A stretch of DNA of 64,000 nt from positions 8,300-72,299 of the forward strand of contig SHWB01000002.1 of NCBI GenBank assembly GCA_009691025.1, given 5' to 3'. The DNA is from Alphaproteobacteria bacterium. Its GTDB lineage: Bacteria; Pseudomonadota; Alphaproteobacteria; UBA6615. The notes under the pieces were generated by a model. That model was not told the DNA's origin. It ran no database searches and saw only the letters and a list, made by a program, of their open reading frames with translations. Below are positions 1-10,481 of the stretch, piece by piece. Position numbers and translations under genes: made by a program. Positions within the stretch are counted from its first letter, which is position 1; each line of letters starts with the position of its first letter.

Positions 1-2
1 AG

Positions 3-320
3 GCCGGCCGCGGCGAGCCGGCCAAGCTGGGCGGCGCGCTGGCGGAGATATCCCGGCGCATCCCGAAGGACATCGACTGGGTGCTGCGGGTCGACGGCCA
101 TACCGATGTGCGCCCGATCGCCACCGCGCGCTTCCCGTCGAACTGGGAGCTGTCGACCGCGCGCGCCGTCTCGGTCGTCAAGTTCCTCATAGACCACGGC
201 GTCCCGCCCGGCCGCCTCGTCGCCGCCGGCTTCGGCGAATATCGCCCCATCGAGGCCACCGGCACCGAGGACGCCCTGACTCGCAACCGCCGCATCGAGT
301 TTAAGATGGATCAGCTGTAG
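3..320 (+). CDS. OmpA/MotB-family peptidoglycan-binding protein, C-terminal part (5' end outside window)
   Basis: The frame is open from the window edge. Translation ..DWVLRVDGHTDVRPI..FPSNWELSTARAVSVVKFL..GFGEYRP..RNRRIEFK carries the OmpA_C/MotB signature. TAG stop at 318-320. Confidence 0.75.
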   Translation, partial: AGRGEPAKLGGALAEISRRIPKDIDWVLRVDGHTDVRPIATARFPSNWELSTARAVSVVKFLIDHGVPPGRLVAAGFGEYRPIEATGTEDALTRNRRIEFKMDQL

Positions 321-395
321 GCGCCCCAGCGTCGCCGCCACGGGCCTCGCTCTTCGGAACGCCGCCCGTCGGTGAACACCCACTTCCCCGAGCGC

Positions 396-495
396 CTCAC
401 CCTGAGGAGCCCGCGCAAGCGGGCGTCTCGAAGGGCGAGGCGAGCCGGCGCGAGCGAGCGACGCCCTCATCCTTAGACAATCTCATGATGAGGGC
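396..495. repeat. Repeat family B copy (cctcaccctgag..gtctcgaagggcgag plus inverted arm ..cctcatccttagacaatctcatgatgagg)
   Basis: Shares both arms with the element at 21998-22106. Lies in a convergent gap between the OmpA-like stop (320) and the PIN gene stop (652). Confidence 0.5.
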
Positions 496-584
496 TACTG
501 GTAACGTACCGACGAGGGTGACCGGCAGCGTCTCCCTTCGCTGCGACCGGCGCCTCAGGCCAATAGTGCCAACGTTACCCGCCA

Positions 585-640
585 TCCTCACCCTGAGCCT
601 CCTCATCACGAGCCTGTCGAGGGACGAAGGGCGAGGATGG
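585..640. repeat. Repeat family B fragment (atcctcaccctgagcctcctcatcacgagcctgtcgagggacgaagggcgagg)
   Basis: Sequence is similar to 22078-22104 and, as reverse complement, to 41176-41225. Confidence 0.45.
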
Positions 641-651
641 CCGGTGCCGCC

Positions 652-1083
652 TCACGCCACCGCCACACCGCCGAGCCGTATACGGAATGCGGCCGGCGGC
701 AGGATTGGCACGGTGAAAGCGCCGGCGAGGTCCAGCATGTCGCGATCGCCGCTCAGCAACGCGTTGGCGCCGGCCGCCAGCGCCAGTTCGAGGAACGGCC
801 GGTTGAGGGGATCGCGGCAGTCGGGAACGGCGAGCCCGGCCGGCACCGCGACAACTTCGCACCAGGGCAGGAAATTGCCGAGCAGTTCGTCGCGCTCTGC
901 CGCGTCGAGACGTAATTTTGGGTAGGACAGGACGGCGATCAGCTCGGCCGCCGTATCCCGGCTCGTCAGTGACAGGATCGCGTCCACCTGCCGCGCACCG
1001 CGCAGCCAGCCGAGCGATCCCGTGCGGAACAGCAGGGCGGACAGCGCGACATTCGTGTCGGGCACGGTTCGCGGCCGGCTCAT
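652..1083 (-). CDS. PIN-domain toxin of a type II toxin-antitoxin pair
   Basis: 143-aa ORF. The pattern PDTNVALSALLF...CRDPLNRPFLELALAAGANALLSGDRDMLDL matches PIN-family toxins. Its ATG overlaps the upstream antitoxin stop (ATGA at 1080-1083). Confidence 0.8.
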   Translation of the reverse strand: MSRPRTVPDTNVALSALLFRTGSLGWLRGARQVDAILSLTSRDTAAELIAVLSYPKLRLDAAERDELLGNFLPWCEVVAVPAGLAVPDCRDPLNRPFLELALAAGANALLSGDRDMLDLAGAFTVPILPPAAFRIRLGGVAVA

Positions 1084-1343
1084 CCGGCCTTGCGCGCCCT
1101 CCCGCGCGCCGCCACGCCTGCCCCCGCGCGCGCCCAGCGCACCGCCGCCGTCGTGTCGGCTTCCGTGATGCCGAGTTCGGCCAGCTTGCCGCGCACGGCG
1201 TCGGCCCGGTTGACGCGCACCGGCGTCAGCACGATGCGCCCATTCTCGTCGCTCACCTCGAAATAGGCGATGCCATCATAGGGAGCCAGCACGGCCTTCG
1301 GCAGGGTGAGCTGGTTCTTGGAGGTTAATTTGGCGAGTATCAT
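1080..1343 (-). CDS. AbrB/MazE/SpoVT-family antitoxin
   Basis: 87-aa ORF. MILAKLTSKNQLTLPKAV... is a SpoVT-AbrB-like swapped-hairpin N-terminus. It has a 4-bp overlap with the PIN gene and an AT-rich putative promoter region at 1344-1400. Confidence 0.75.
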   Translation of the reverse strand: MILAKLTSKNQLTLPKAVLAPYDGIAYFEVSDENGRIVLTPVRVNRADAVRGKLAELGITEADTTAAVRWARAGAGVAARGRARKAG

Positions 1344-1412
1344 CCGACCTCATAAAAAGGAAATAGCAAAGTAAGAAAACAAGTAAAAAATAGTATCGCC
1401 CGCAGACTTTTC

Positions 1413-1455
1413 CACCCTCTCCGCTCCCCGCTGGGGAGGGGAGAGGCGAGGGTGC
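1413..1455. repeat. Repeat family C hairpin (ccctctccgctccccgctggggaggggagagg)
   Basis: Nested palindrome CCTCTCC/GGAGAGG and CTCCCC/GGGGAG, immediately 3' of the ABC transporter stop. Related to 29791-29907, 44264-44309, 44617-44668 and 49022-49048. Confidence 0.5.
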
Positions 1456-1462
1456 TGCCCGA

Positions 1463-3262
<1,800 letters not shown>

Positions 3263-3406
3263 CTCCCGCGGCCGGAATCCTGCCCGGGCCGCGCAAGGCG
3301 GTGTAACAGCGCCGGGCGGCGGCGCCAAGGGTGGCGGGCCGCCCGGGGGTTGCGAGGGCGGGGCCGGTCTGCTAGAAGCCGCCCTTCGCGCGCGAAGGAG
3401 CCGGTC

Positions 3407-3634
3407 GTGAAAAAGGACATTCATCCCGACTATCACGAGATCACCGTCATCATGACGGACGGGACGGAGTTCAAGACCCGCTCTACCATGGGCGCGTCTG
3501 GCGCGACGCTGCGCCTCGACATCGACCCCAAGACCCACCCTGCATGGACGGGCCAGCGCCGCCTGCTCGATACCGGTGGCCAGGTCGCCAAGTTCAACAA
3601 GCGCTACGCCAATCTCGGCCTGAAATCCGAGTAA
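3407..3634 (+). CDS. rpmE: 50S ribosomal protein L31
   Basis: GTG start at 3407 preceded by GAAGGAG. Translation [27 protein letters not shown]...[13 protein letters not shown]...FNKRY is an L31 sequence. TAA stop. Confidence 0.95.
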   Translation: MKKDIHPDYHEITVIMTDGTEFKTRSTMGASGATLRLDIDPKTHPAWTGQRRLLDTGGQVAKFNKRYANLGLKSE

Positions 3635-3652
3635 CCGGGCGCATCCCGGCCC

Positions 3653-3680
3653 CTTGAACCGGGGCCTGTCCTTCCTAAAT
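3653..3680 (+). promoter_or_regulatory. Candidate RpoH (sigma32)-type heat-shock promoter for the hsp20 gene
   Basis: CTTGAA at 3653-3658 and CCTAAAT at 3674-3680. This fits the alphaproteobacterial consensus CTTG-N17-CYTATNT with one -10 mismatch. Confidence 0.45.
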
Positions 3681-3687
3681 TGAGCTG

Positions 3688-3800
3688 TGTGCCGCCGGGT
3701 GCCTCGCGAGGGCCCGCGCACGGACATCCGCGTCTCGCCAGACCCCCGGGTTGGCCATGACGCGGACCACACGTTGCTCTGATGGAGGACTGTGACCATG
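3688..3800 (+). ncRNA. ROSE-like RNA thermometer (5' UTR of hsp20)
   Basis: About 110-nt leader. Its 3' end GUUGCUCUGAUGGAGGACUGUGACCAUG places the U(U/C)GCU motif opposite the GGAGGA Shine-Dalgarno sequence, as in ROSE elements that precede small HSP genes in Rhizobiales. Confidence 0.45.
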
Positions 3801-4256
3801 AGTACCTATGACCTCACCCCCCTGTTCCGCTCGACCGTCGGCTTCGACCATGTCAGCCGGCTGCTTGATGCCGCCTTCGCCGGCGCCGACGAGGGCACGT
3901 CCTACCCGCCCTACAACATCGAGAAGACGGGCGATAACGAATACCGCGTCACCATGGCGGTGGCCGGTTTTGGCGAGGACGACATCGAGATCACCCAGCA
4001 CCAGAACACGCTGAGCATCAAGGGCAAGGCGAAGCAGACCGATACGGAGGCTCGGACGCTCTATCGCGGCATCGCCGCGCGCGCCTTCGACCGCCGCTTC
4101 GAACTGGCCGACTATGTCCAGGTGACCGGCGCCACGCTTGTCAACGGCCTGCTGCAGGCCGAACTGGTGCGCGAGGTGCCCGAGGCGATGAAGCCCCGCA
4201 CCATCGCCGTCCAGCGCAGCTCCGAGGCGGCGAGGATCGAGCGCAAGGCCGCCTGA
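3798..4256 (+). CDS. Hsp20/alpha-crystallin family small heat-shock protein (IbpA-like)
   Basis: ATG at 3798, 8 nt after GGAGGA. MSTYDLTPLFRSTVGFD...YPPYNIEKTGDNEYRVTMAVAGF..DIEIT...LSIKG is typical of the IbpA/HspA family. Confidence 0.9.
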   Translation: MSTYDLTPLFRSTVGFDHVSRLLDAAFAGADEGTSYPPYNIEKTGDNEYRVTMAVAGFGEDDIEITQHQNTLSIKGKAKQTDTEARTLYRGIAARAFDRRFELADYVQVTGATLVNGLLQAELVREVPEAMKPRTIAVQRSSEAARIERKAA

Positions 4257-4286
4257 TCTCCGTCGCTTCAGGCGTCACGAACAGAG

Positions 4287-4323
4287 GGCCCGCCGGGAAA
4301 ACCCGGCGGGCCTTTTTGCTTTT
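4287..4323. terminator. Rho-independent terminator between the convergent hsp20 and ctaA genes
   Basis: GGCCCGCCGGG-aaaa-CCCGGCGGGCC is a perfect 11-bp stem, followed by TTTTTGCTTTT on the + strand. Confidence 0.7.
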
Positions 4324-4353
4324 GGCAGAGGTGGGCCAGTAAGGTGCCGGAGG

Positions 4354-5475
4354 TCACGCGACCCGCGCCGGCCCGCGCAACTCGTGCAGCAGCCAGACGA
4401 GCAGGGTGAGCAGGACCACCGCGCCGGCCTGGTGCAGCACTCCCAGCGGCAGCGGCACGGCGAGCAGCAGCGTCGCGATGCCCAGAGCGATCTGCGCGAC
4501 CACGCCGACAGCCACCGCATTGGCGACGTGGCGCGCGCGCGGCGACAGGGCCAGCCAGCGGCTCTGCCACCATGTTGCCAGCACCAGCACCAGCGTGGCG
4601 ACGGCGAGCAGGCGGTGGTTGAACTGGATCGTCTCGATAGATTCGAACGGCGCCCGCCACCACGGCGCCGCATAAAGCCCGTCCGGCACCAGCGCGCCGT
4701 CCATCAGCGGGAAGGTGTTGTAGGTGAGGCCGGCATGGGTGCCTGCCATGAAGGCGCCCGCCAGCACCGTCAGCGCCGTCACGGCGAGCGCGGCGGCGAG
4801 CAGCCGGCGCACGCGGTCGAGGCGCTCGTCGGCGACAGGTTCGGCGGGCGGGACGAGGCGCCGCAGCGCCGCCAACAGCAGCGCGACGAAGAGCGCGAAG
4901 GCCAGCGCCAGATGCGCGGCCAGCCGGTATTGCGAGACGCGCGGCTCGTCGACCAGGCCGCTCGCCACCATGTACCAGCCGAGCGCGCCCTGCGCGCCGC
5001 CCAGCGCGAATAGCAGGGCGAAGCCGCCCGCCTCGGCGCGCCGGATGCGGCCGGCCAGCGCGAAGCCGATCAGCGGCAGCAGGAAGACGAGGCCGAGCAG
5101 GCGGCCCCAGAAGCGGTGCAGCCACTCCCACCAGAAGATAGCCTCGAATTGCCCGAGCGTCATGCCAGCATTGACGTCGCGATACTGCGGCGTGTCGCGA
5201 TAGAGGGCGAAGACGCGCTCCCATTCCGCCTGGCTCAGCGGCGGCAGGATGCCGGCGAGAGGCGCCCATTCGGCGAGGGACAGCCCGCTGCCCGACAGCC
5301 GCGTGATGCCGCCGATCGTCACCATGGCGAAGACCATGGCGGCGCAGGTGGCGAGCCACCAGCCGACGGCGCGGTCGGCTGCGGGCGCGCGTAGAACGGT
5401 CGCTGACAAGGGCGGCGCGCTCGGTTGCTTCTGGCGCATGGTCGCGAGTCTGGGCCGCGGCCCGGCGAGCGACAA
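4354..5475 (-). CDS. ctaA: Heme A synthase (COX15/CtaA)
   Basis: Polytopic membrane protein. ..GGITRLSGSGLSLAEW..LPPLS.AEWE..F..Y...PQY........GMTL..FK.IFWWEW.HR.. is the COX15/CtaA signature. The start may instead be ATG 5439 (MRQKQ). Confidence 0.85.
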   Translation of the reverse strand: MSLAGPRPRLATMRQKQPSAPPLSATVLRAPAADRAVGWWLATCAAMVFAMVTIGGITRLSGSGLSLAEWAPLAGILPPLSQAEWERVFALYRDTPQYRDVNAGMTLGQFEAIFWWEWLHRFWGRLLGLVFLLPLIGFALAGRIRRAEAGGFALLFALGGAQGALGWYMVASGLVDEPRVSQYRLAAHLALAFALFVALLLAALRRLVPPAEPVADERLDRVRRLLAAALAVTALTVLAGAFMAGTHAGLTYNTFPLMDGALVPDGLYAAPWWRAPFESIETIQFNHRLLAVATLVLVLATWWQSRWLALSPRARHVANAVAVGVVAQIALGIATLLLAVPLPLGVLHQAGAVVLLTLLVWLLHELRGPARVA

Positions 5476-5523
5476 CCCGGCGCGCGATTTGGTCGCAGGG
5501 CGAAGACGGCCCGGCAGGCGGCC

Positions 5524-6558
5524 CTACGCCACCGTCCAGGTGTGGCCGCGCTTCAGCAGCTTGGCGAGGTCGGGATCGCCGTTCTTCTTCTTCGCCGTCT
5601 CGGCCTGGGCCCAGACCAGCGCGTCGTAGGAGGGCGCCGGGTCGCAATAGAGCACGCCCATCGCCACCGGGAAGGAAGGCGGCTGCATCTGGGCGAGCAG
5701 GAAGGCCAGCGTGCGGTTCTTCTCGTCGTGGACGACGATCTCTTCCTTCGCCACGCCGCCTTCGCCAACCTTTGCCACCTCCAGCGCCAGGCCGTCGGCA
5801 GAGAGGCGCAGGCCCTTGTCGGCGTTGGCGCCGAAGATCAGCGGTTTGCCGTGCTCGACATGCACCTGCATGTCGGCCTGCACGCCCTTGTCAGTGAAGT
5901 GGCTGAACGCGCCGTCGTTGTAGACGATGCAGTTCTGCAGGATCTCGACCAGCGAGGCGCCACGATGGGCATGCGCGCGCTTCAGCACTTCCGGCAGGTG
6001 CTTCTGCAGGATGTCGGAGGAGCGGGCGACGAAGCGGCCGCCGGCGCCCAGCGCAAACTGCGCGGCGTTGATCGGGCTCTCGACCGAGCCGTAGGGCGTC
6101 GACGGCGAGAGCGTGCCGGGACGCGAGGTCGGAGAGTACTGGCCCTTGGTCAGGCCGTAAATCTCGTTGTTGAACAGCAGCAACTGCACGTCGACGTTGC
6201 GGCGCAGCAGGTGCAGCGTGTGGTTTCCGCCGATCGACAGCGTGTCGCCGTCGCCGCCGACCACCCACACATCGAGCTCGGGATTGGCCAGCTTGACGCC
6301 GGTGGCGATGGCCGAGGCGCGGCCGTGGATTGTGTGGAAACCGTAGGTTTCCATGTAGTAGGGAAATCGCGCGGCGCAGCCGATGCCGGAGACGAACACC
6401 GTCTTCTCGCGCGGCACCTGCAGCTCGGCCAGCGTGCGCTGCACGGCCTTGAGAATGGCGTAGTCGCCACAGCCGGGGCACCAGCGAACCTCCTGGTCGG
6501 TCGCGTAGTCCTTGGCCTGCAGCTTCACCGGTGGGGTCTGGACGTTCATCTGGTTCAC
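5524..6558 (-). CDS. korB: 2-oxoglutarate/2-oxoacid:ferredoxin oxidoreductase, beta subunit
   Basis: 344 aa. It has ..RWCPGCGDYAIL.. and the TPP-binding GGDGD..SIGGNH motif. The start overlaps the korA stop. Confidence 0.9.
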   Translation of the reverse strand: MNQMNVQTPPVKLQAKDYATDQEVRWCPGCGDYAILKAVQRTLAELQVPREKTVFVSGIGCAARFPYYMETYGFHTIHGRASAIATGVKLANPELDVWVVGGDGDTLSIGGNHTLHLLRRNVDVQLLLFNNEIYGLTKGQYSPTSRPGTLSPSTPYGSVESPINAAQFALGAGGRFVARSSDILQKHLPEVLKRAHAHRGASLVEILQNCIVYNDGAFSHFTDKGVQADMQVHVEHGKPLIFGANADKGLRLSADGLALEVAKVGEGGVAKEEIVVHDEKNRTLAFLLAQMQPPSFPVAMGVLYCDPAPSYDALVWAQAETAKKKNGDPDLAKLLKRGHTWTVA

Positions 6559-8429
6559 TCCCCGAGCAGGCGGGTGATGGCCGCCTCGATCTCGGCGATC
6601 AGAAAGGGTTTGCCGGTGACCTTGTTGAGGCCCTCGGCGGGCAGCAGGAATTCGGAGCGCAGCACGGTGAGGAGCTGGCCCTTGTTCATCTCGGGCACCA
6701 GCACCTTGGCGTAGCTGCCGAGCAGCGCGCCGAGATTGCGCGCCAGCGGCCAGATATGCCGCAGATGGATGTGCGAGACGTCCTTGCCGGCGAGCCGCAG
6801 GTTGTCAACCGCGCGGCTGATCGGCCCGTAGGTCGAGCCCCAGCCGACCACCGCCAGCCGGCCGCCCGCCGCGCCGTTGTCGACGGCCTGCTCGGGGATG
6901 TCGTTGGCGATGCCGAGAACCTTGTTGATGCGCGCATCGGTCATGCGCTGGTGGTTGGCCGGCATGTAGGAGATGTGGCCGGTGTCGTAGGATTTCTCCA
7001 GGCCGCCGATGCGGTGGATCAGATCCGGCGTGCCCGGCTTGACCCAGGGCCGCGCCAGCGTCGCCTGGTCGCGCAGGAAGGGATGGAAGCCCTCGGCCTC
7101 GGTGCGGAAGGCGACGTCGATCGGCTTGAGCTTGGCCGCGTCGGGCAGGCGCCACGGCTCGGCCGCGTTCACCAGATAGCCGTCGGTCAGCACGATCACC
7201 GGCGTCATGTACTTGGTGGCGATGCGCACGGCCTCCATGCCAACCTCGAAGCTGTCCGACGGCGAGGAGACGGCGAGCACGCAGACCGGCGCGTCGCCGT
7301 TGCGGCCGTAGACGGCCTGGTACAAATCGGACTGCTCGGTCTTGGTTGGCATGCCGGTCGACGGTCCGGCGCGCTGGGCGTTGACGACGATCAGCGGCAA
7401 CTCGACGGCGATGGCAAGGCCGATCGCCTCGCCCTTTAGCGCCACGCCCGGGCCGGAGGAGGAGGTGATGCCGAGCGAGCCAGCATAGGAGGCGCCGATG
7501 GCGGCAGCCACGGCGGCGATCTCGTCCTCGGCCTGGAAGGTGAGGACGTCGTACTCTTTCAGCGGCGCCAGCGCGTGCAGCAGCGAGGAGGCCGGCGTGA
7601 TCGGGTAGGAGCAGAAGCACATGCGCAGGCCGGCCAGCCGCGTGCCGGCGACGAGGCCGAGCGCCATCGCGTCGGTGCCGGTGACGGTGCGGTAGAGGCC
7701 GGGCGGGATCGGTGCCGCCGGCACCGTGAAGGCCGCCATCTCGGCCGGCATCTCGGCGGTCTCGCCGAAGGCATGGCCCGCGTTGAGCGCCGCGACGTTG
7801 GCGCCGAGTATGCCGTCCTTGCCCCTGAAGCGGCTCTCGAGCCATTTCACGGTGGCCTGGCGGTCGCGGCCGTACATCCAGTAGACGAGGCCGAGCGCCC
7901 ACATGTTCTTGGAGCGCAGCGCCTCCTTCTGCGACAGGCCGAAGGGCTTCACCGCCTCCAGTGTCAGCCGCGACATGTCGATCTTCACCAGCCGCATGTT
8001 GTCGGCGAGGCTGCCGTCTTCCAGCGGATTGGTCTTGTAGCCGGCCTTGACGAGGTTGCGCTCGTTGAAGGCACCGGCATCGACGATGCAGATGCCACCC
8101 GGCTTGAGGTCGGCGACGTTGGTGATCAGCGCCGCCGGATTCATCGCCACCAGCACGTCGAGCAGATCGCCCGAGGTCTTGATGGTGCGGGCGCCGAAAT
8201 TGATCTGAAAGGCCGAGACGCCGAAGGTGGTGCCGACCGGCGCGCGGATCTCGGCCGGGAAGTCCGGAAATGTGGCGAGGTCGTTGCCCGCCAGCGCCGC
8301 GGTCAGCGTGAACTGGCTGCCCGTGAGCTGCATGCCGTCGCCGGAATCGCCGGCGAAGCGTACCACTGCGGAGTCGAGCTCCTGCCGCGCCTGGGCACTG
8401 TGCTCGTCCACCGCCGCACTGTCTGCCAT
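6555..8429 (-). CDS. korA: 2-oxoglutarate/2-oxoacid:ferredoxin oxidoreductase, alpha subunit
   Basis: 624 aa. The N-terminus ..VVRFAGDSGDGMQLTG.QF....A..GNDLATFPDFPAEIRAP.GT is typical of KorA-type two-subunit OFORs. Confidence 0.9.
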   Translation of the reverse strand: MADSAAVDEHSAQARQELDSAVVRFAGDSGDGMQLTGSQFTLTAALAGNDLATFPDFPAEIRAPVGTTFGVSAFQINFGARTIKTSGDLLDVLVAMNPAALITNVADLKPGGICIVDAGAFNERNLVKAGYKTNPLEDGSLADNMRLVKIDMSRLTLEAVKPFGLSQKEALRSKNMWALGLVYWMYGRDRQATVKWLESRFRGKDGILGANVAALNAGHAFGETAEMPAEMAAFTVPAAPIPPGLYRTVTGTDAMALGLVAGTRLAGLRMCFCSYPITPASSLLHALAPLKEYDVLTFQAEDEIAAVAAAIGASYAGSLGITSSSGPGVALKGEAIGLAIAVELPLIVVNAQRAGPSTGMPTKTEQSDLYQAVYGRNGDAPVCVLAVSSPSDSFEVGMEAVRIATKYMTPVIVLTDGYLVNAAEPWRLPDAAKLKPIDVAFRTEAEGFHPFLRDQATLARPWVKPGTPDLIHRIGGLEKSYDTGHISYMPANHQRMTDARINKVLGIANDIPEQAVDNGAAGGRLAVVGWGSTYGPISRAVDNLRLAGKDVSHIHLRHIWPLARNLGALLGSYAKVLVPEMNKGQLLTVLRSEFLLPAEGLNKVTGKPFLIAEIEAAITRLLGE

Positions 8430-8644
8430 CTGTGCCGTCCTCCGTGCCCGCCCGGGCCGTGCCGATGCCAGGCGAGGCCTACCTACCGTGCCGCTGTCGG
8501 ATTGGTTCGCCGCAAAGAGCCCGCCGATGCCGATGCCGGCGGCCCTGCCACGGCTCGCCCCCGGTCGCCCGCAGCGTCAGGTGATTACTCCGTCCCCGCC
8601 GTCGCGAAAAGTGTCCTTCTGCGCCGCCAAGTCAAGGTTCCTGT

Positions 8645-9961
8645 CTATTCCGCGCCCGTCTGGCCCAGCGCCAGCATGTTGGCGACCCGAACGAACTTGC
8701 GCCGTGGCGCACCGGGCCGGGCCGCCGCCATTTCGGCCGCATCGATGCGCTGCCAGGCAGGGTAGTCGACCCATTTGACGCCGCGCACGACCAGCAGTTT
8801 TTCCAGCGCCGCCCGTCCTGGCCTGGCCCCACGGGGGCTGTCCTCGAGTACCTGGGCGGCGGCCTGGTTGCCATCCGGCTTGTTGGAGCCGATGACGCCG
8901 GACGGGCCGCGCTTGATCCAGCCGACGGCATAGAGGCCGGGAGCGATGCGGCCGTCCCGGTGGACGACAATGCCCCCCGCCATGTCGAACGGCACGCCGT
9001 CGATCGGGTCGGAGCGGTAGCCGATGGCGGCGACGAGCAGGCCGCAGGGAATGTCGAAGAACGCGCCGGTGCCGACCGATCGCCCGGCGGCGTCGACCTT
9101 CGTGCGCTCGCAGTGCAGCCCCTCGACACGCGCGCCTCCCAGCACCTCGACGGGTCGGGTGTAGAAAGCGAAATGCACGCGCTTGGGCTTGCCCGCCGCA
9201 TCCTGCGCGGTGAACTCGCGCAAGGTGGTGAGGTTGCGTTCCTTGAGGCGCTTGTCGCGGTCCGACATGTTGCCCTCGACGGTCACCGGCAATTGCGCCG
9301 GGTCGACGATGGCAGAGGCCTCTTCGAGCTTGCCCATCTCGCGCAGCTCGACATTGGTGAACTTGGCCTCGACGGGGCCGCGCCGGCCAATCATCCAGAC
9401 GTCGGTCAGCGGCGCCGCGCGGATCGCCTTGGCGGCATGGTCGGCGATGTCGGTGTCGGCCATCTCGGCGTCGGTCTTGACCAGCACGCGGGCGATGTCG
9501 ATCGCCACATTGCCGTTGCCCACGACGACGACGTTATTCGTGTTCAGGTCGGGCGCGAGGTCGGTGAAATCGGGATGACCGTTGTACCAGCCGACGAAAT
9601 CGGCCGAGCCGTAGACACCCTGCCTGTCGTCGCCCGGAACGCCGAGCGGCCGGTCGCGCGGCGAGCCGATGGCCAGCACCACGGCGTCGTACATCGCGCG
9701 CAGCTCGTCGAGCGAGAGATCGCGGCCGATCTCGACATTGCCCCAGAACCGCACCGGACCAGACAGCGCCGTCTTCTCGTAGGCGCGTGACACCTTCTTT
9801 GTGGTCTGGTGATCGGGGGCGACGCCGCCTCGGATCAGGCCGAAAGGCGTGGGCAGGCGCTCGATGAAGTCTATCTCGACATCGTCGCTGCGCTCCATCA
9901 GGGCGGCAGCGGTGTAGAACCCGCTCGGCCCCGAACCTACAATCGCCACTTTTACCGGCAT
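8645..9961 (-). CDS. FprA/adrenodoxin-reductase-type NADPH:ferredoxin oxidoreductase (FAD-dependent)
   Basis: I start it at ATG 9961 (MPVKVAIVGSGPSGFYTA..) after GGGAGGA. It has two Rossmann GxGxxG motifs (GSGPSG and VVVGNGNVAID) and ..GLIRGGVAPDH... Confidence 0.85.
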   Translation of the reverse strand: MPVKVAIVGSGPSGFYTAAALMERSDDVEIDFIERLPTPFGLIRGGVAPDHQTTKKVSRAYEKTALSGPVRFWGNVEIGRDLSLDELRAMYDAVVLAIGSPRDRPLGVPGDDRQGVYGSADFVGWYNGHPDFTDLAPDLNTNNVVVVGNGNVAIDIARVLVKTDAEMADTDIADHAAKAIRAAPLTDVWMIGRRGPVEAKFTNVELREMGKLEEASAIVDPAQLPVTVEGNMSDRDKRLKERNLTTLREFTAQDAAGKPKRVHFAFYTRPVEVLGGARVEGLHCERTKVDAAGRSVGTGAFFDIPCGLLVAAIGYRSDPIDGVPFDMAGGIVVHRDGRIAPGLYAVGWIKRGPSGVIGSNKPDGNQAAAQVLEDSPRGARPGRAALEKLLVVRGVKWVDYPAWQRIDAAEMAAARPGAPRRKFVRVANMLALGQTGAE

Positions 9962-10113
9962 TTTTCCTCCCGAACGGCGCGGACTATAGCGAAGCCGCCG
10001 CGCGCCTGTCATCCCACGGGCGTGGGCAAAAGGGCGAATTCCCGCCTTTTGCGGCGATACCATCGGGCTACAATGCGCCGCCCGCATATCCGGCCGGAGT
10101 ACGGGGAGGTCAT

Positions 10114-10481
10114 ATGGAGGTTTTCGTGGCCCGCGCTGCCGATCTTGCCTAGGGCGGCCGGGGCGTGATCGCCGCCGAGGGGGTCGAAATCGGTGTTTTC
10201 CGCGTCGTAGGAGAATTGTTTGCCTGGCATAACGAATGTCCCCATCAGGGCGGCCCGGTCTGCCAGGGCCGGCTTATGAAAGGCGTCGAGGAGAGACTCG
10301 ACGCGGATCGCCGCAGCCTCGGCATCCACTACGCCGAGGGCCGCCTCAACCTCGCCTGCCCGTGGCACGGCTGGGAATTCGACCTGCGCAGCGGCCGCCA
10401 TGCCGGCCTCGCCTCGGGCGCCTCGCAGGCGTGGCCGTGCGCGAGCGCGACGGAGGCATCTATGTCGACGCCGGACGCTGA
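10114..10481 (+). pseudogene. Rieske [2Fe-2S] ferredoxin gene with an in-frame TAG and a frameshift
   Basis: ATG 10114 follows GGGGAGG. MEVFVARAADLA is followed by TAG (10150-10152), then GGRGVIAAEG..CPHQGGPV..CPWHGWEFDLRSG (Rieske CxH/CxxH motifs). The family-typical end ..VAVRERDGGIYVD is in another frame (frame 0), so a 1-nt indel lies near 10395-10420. Confidence 0.7.

Noticed and set aside
5475-5526. Same-frame, stop-free junctions separated only by a TAG (korB->ctaA at 5524; alkA-like->esterase at 20398; amidohydrolase->dedA at 11949), considered as readthrough fusions
   Set aside because: Each downstream gene has its own start and a family-typical N-terminus, and the upstream proteins end where their families normally end. 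Stop-free spacers are common in high-GC DNA, and three in-frame coincidences among many junctions is not remarkable.
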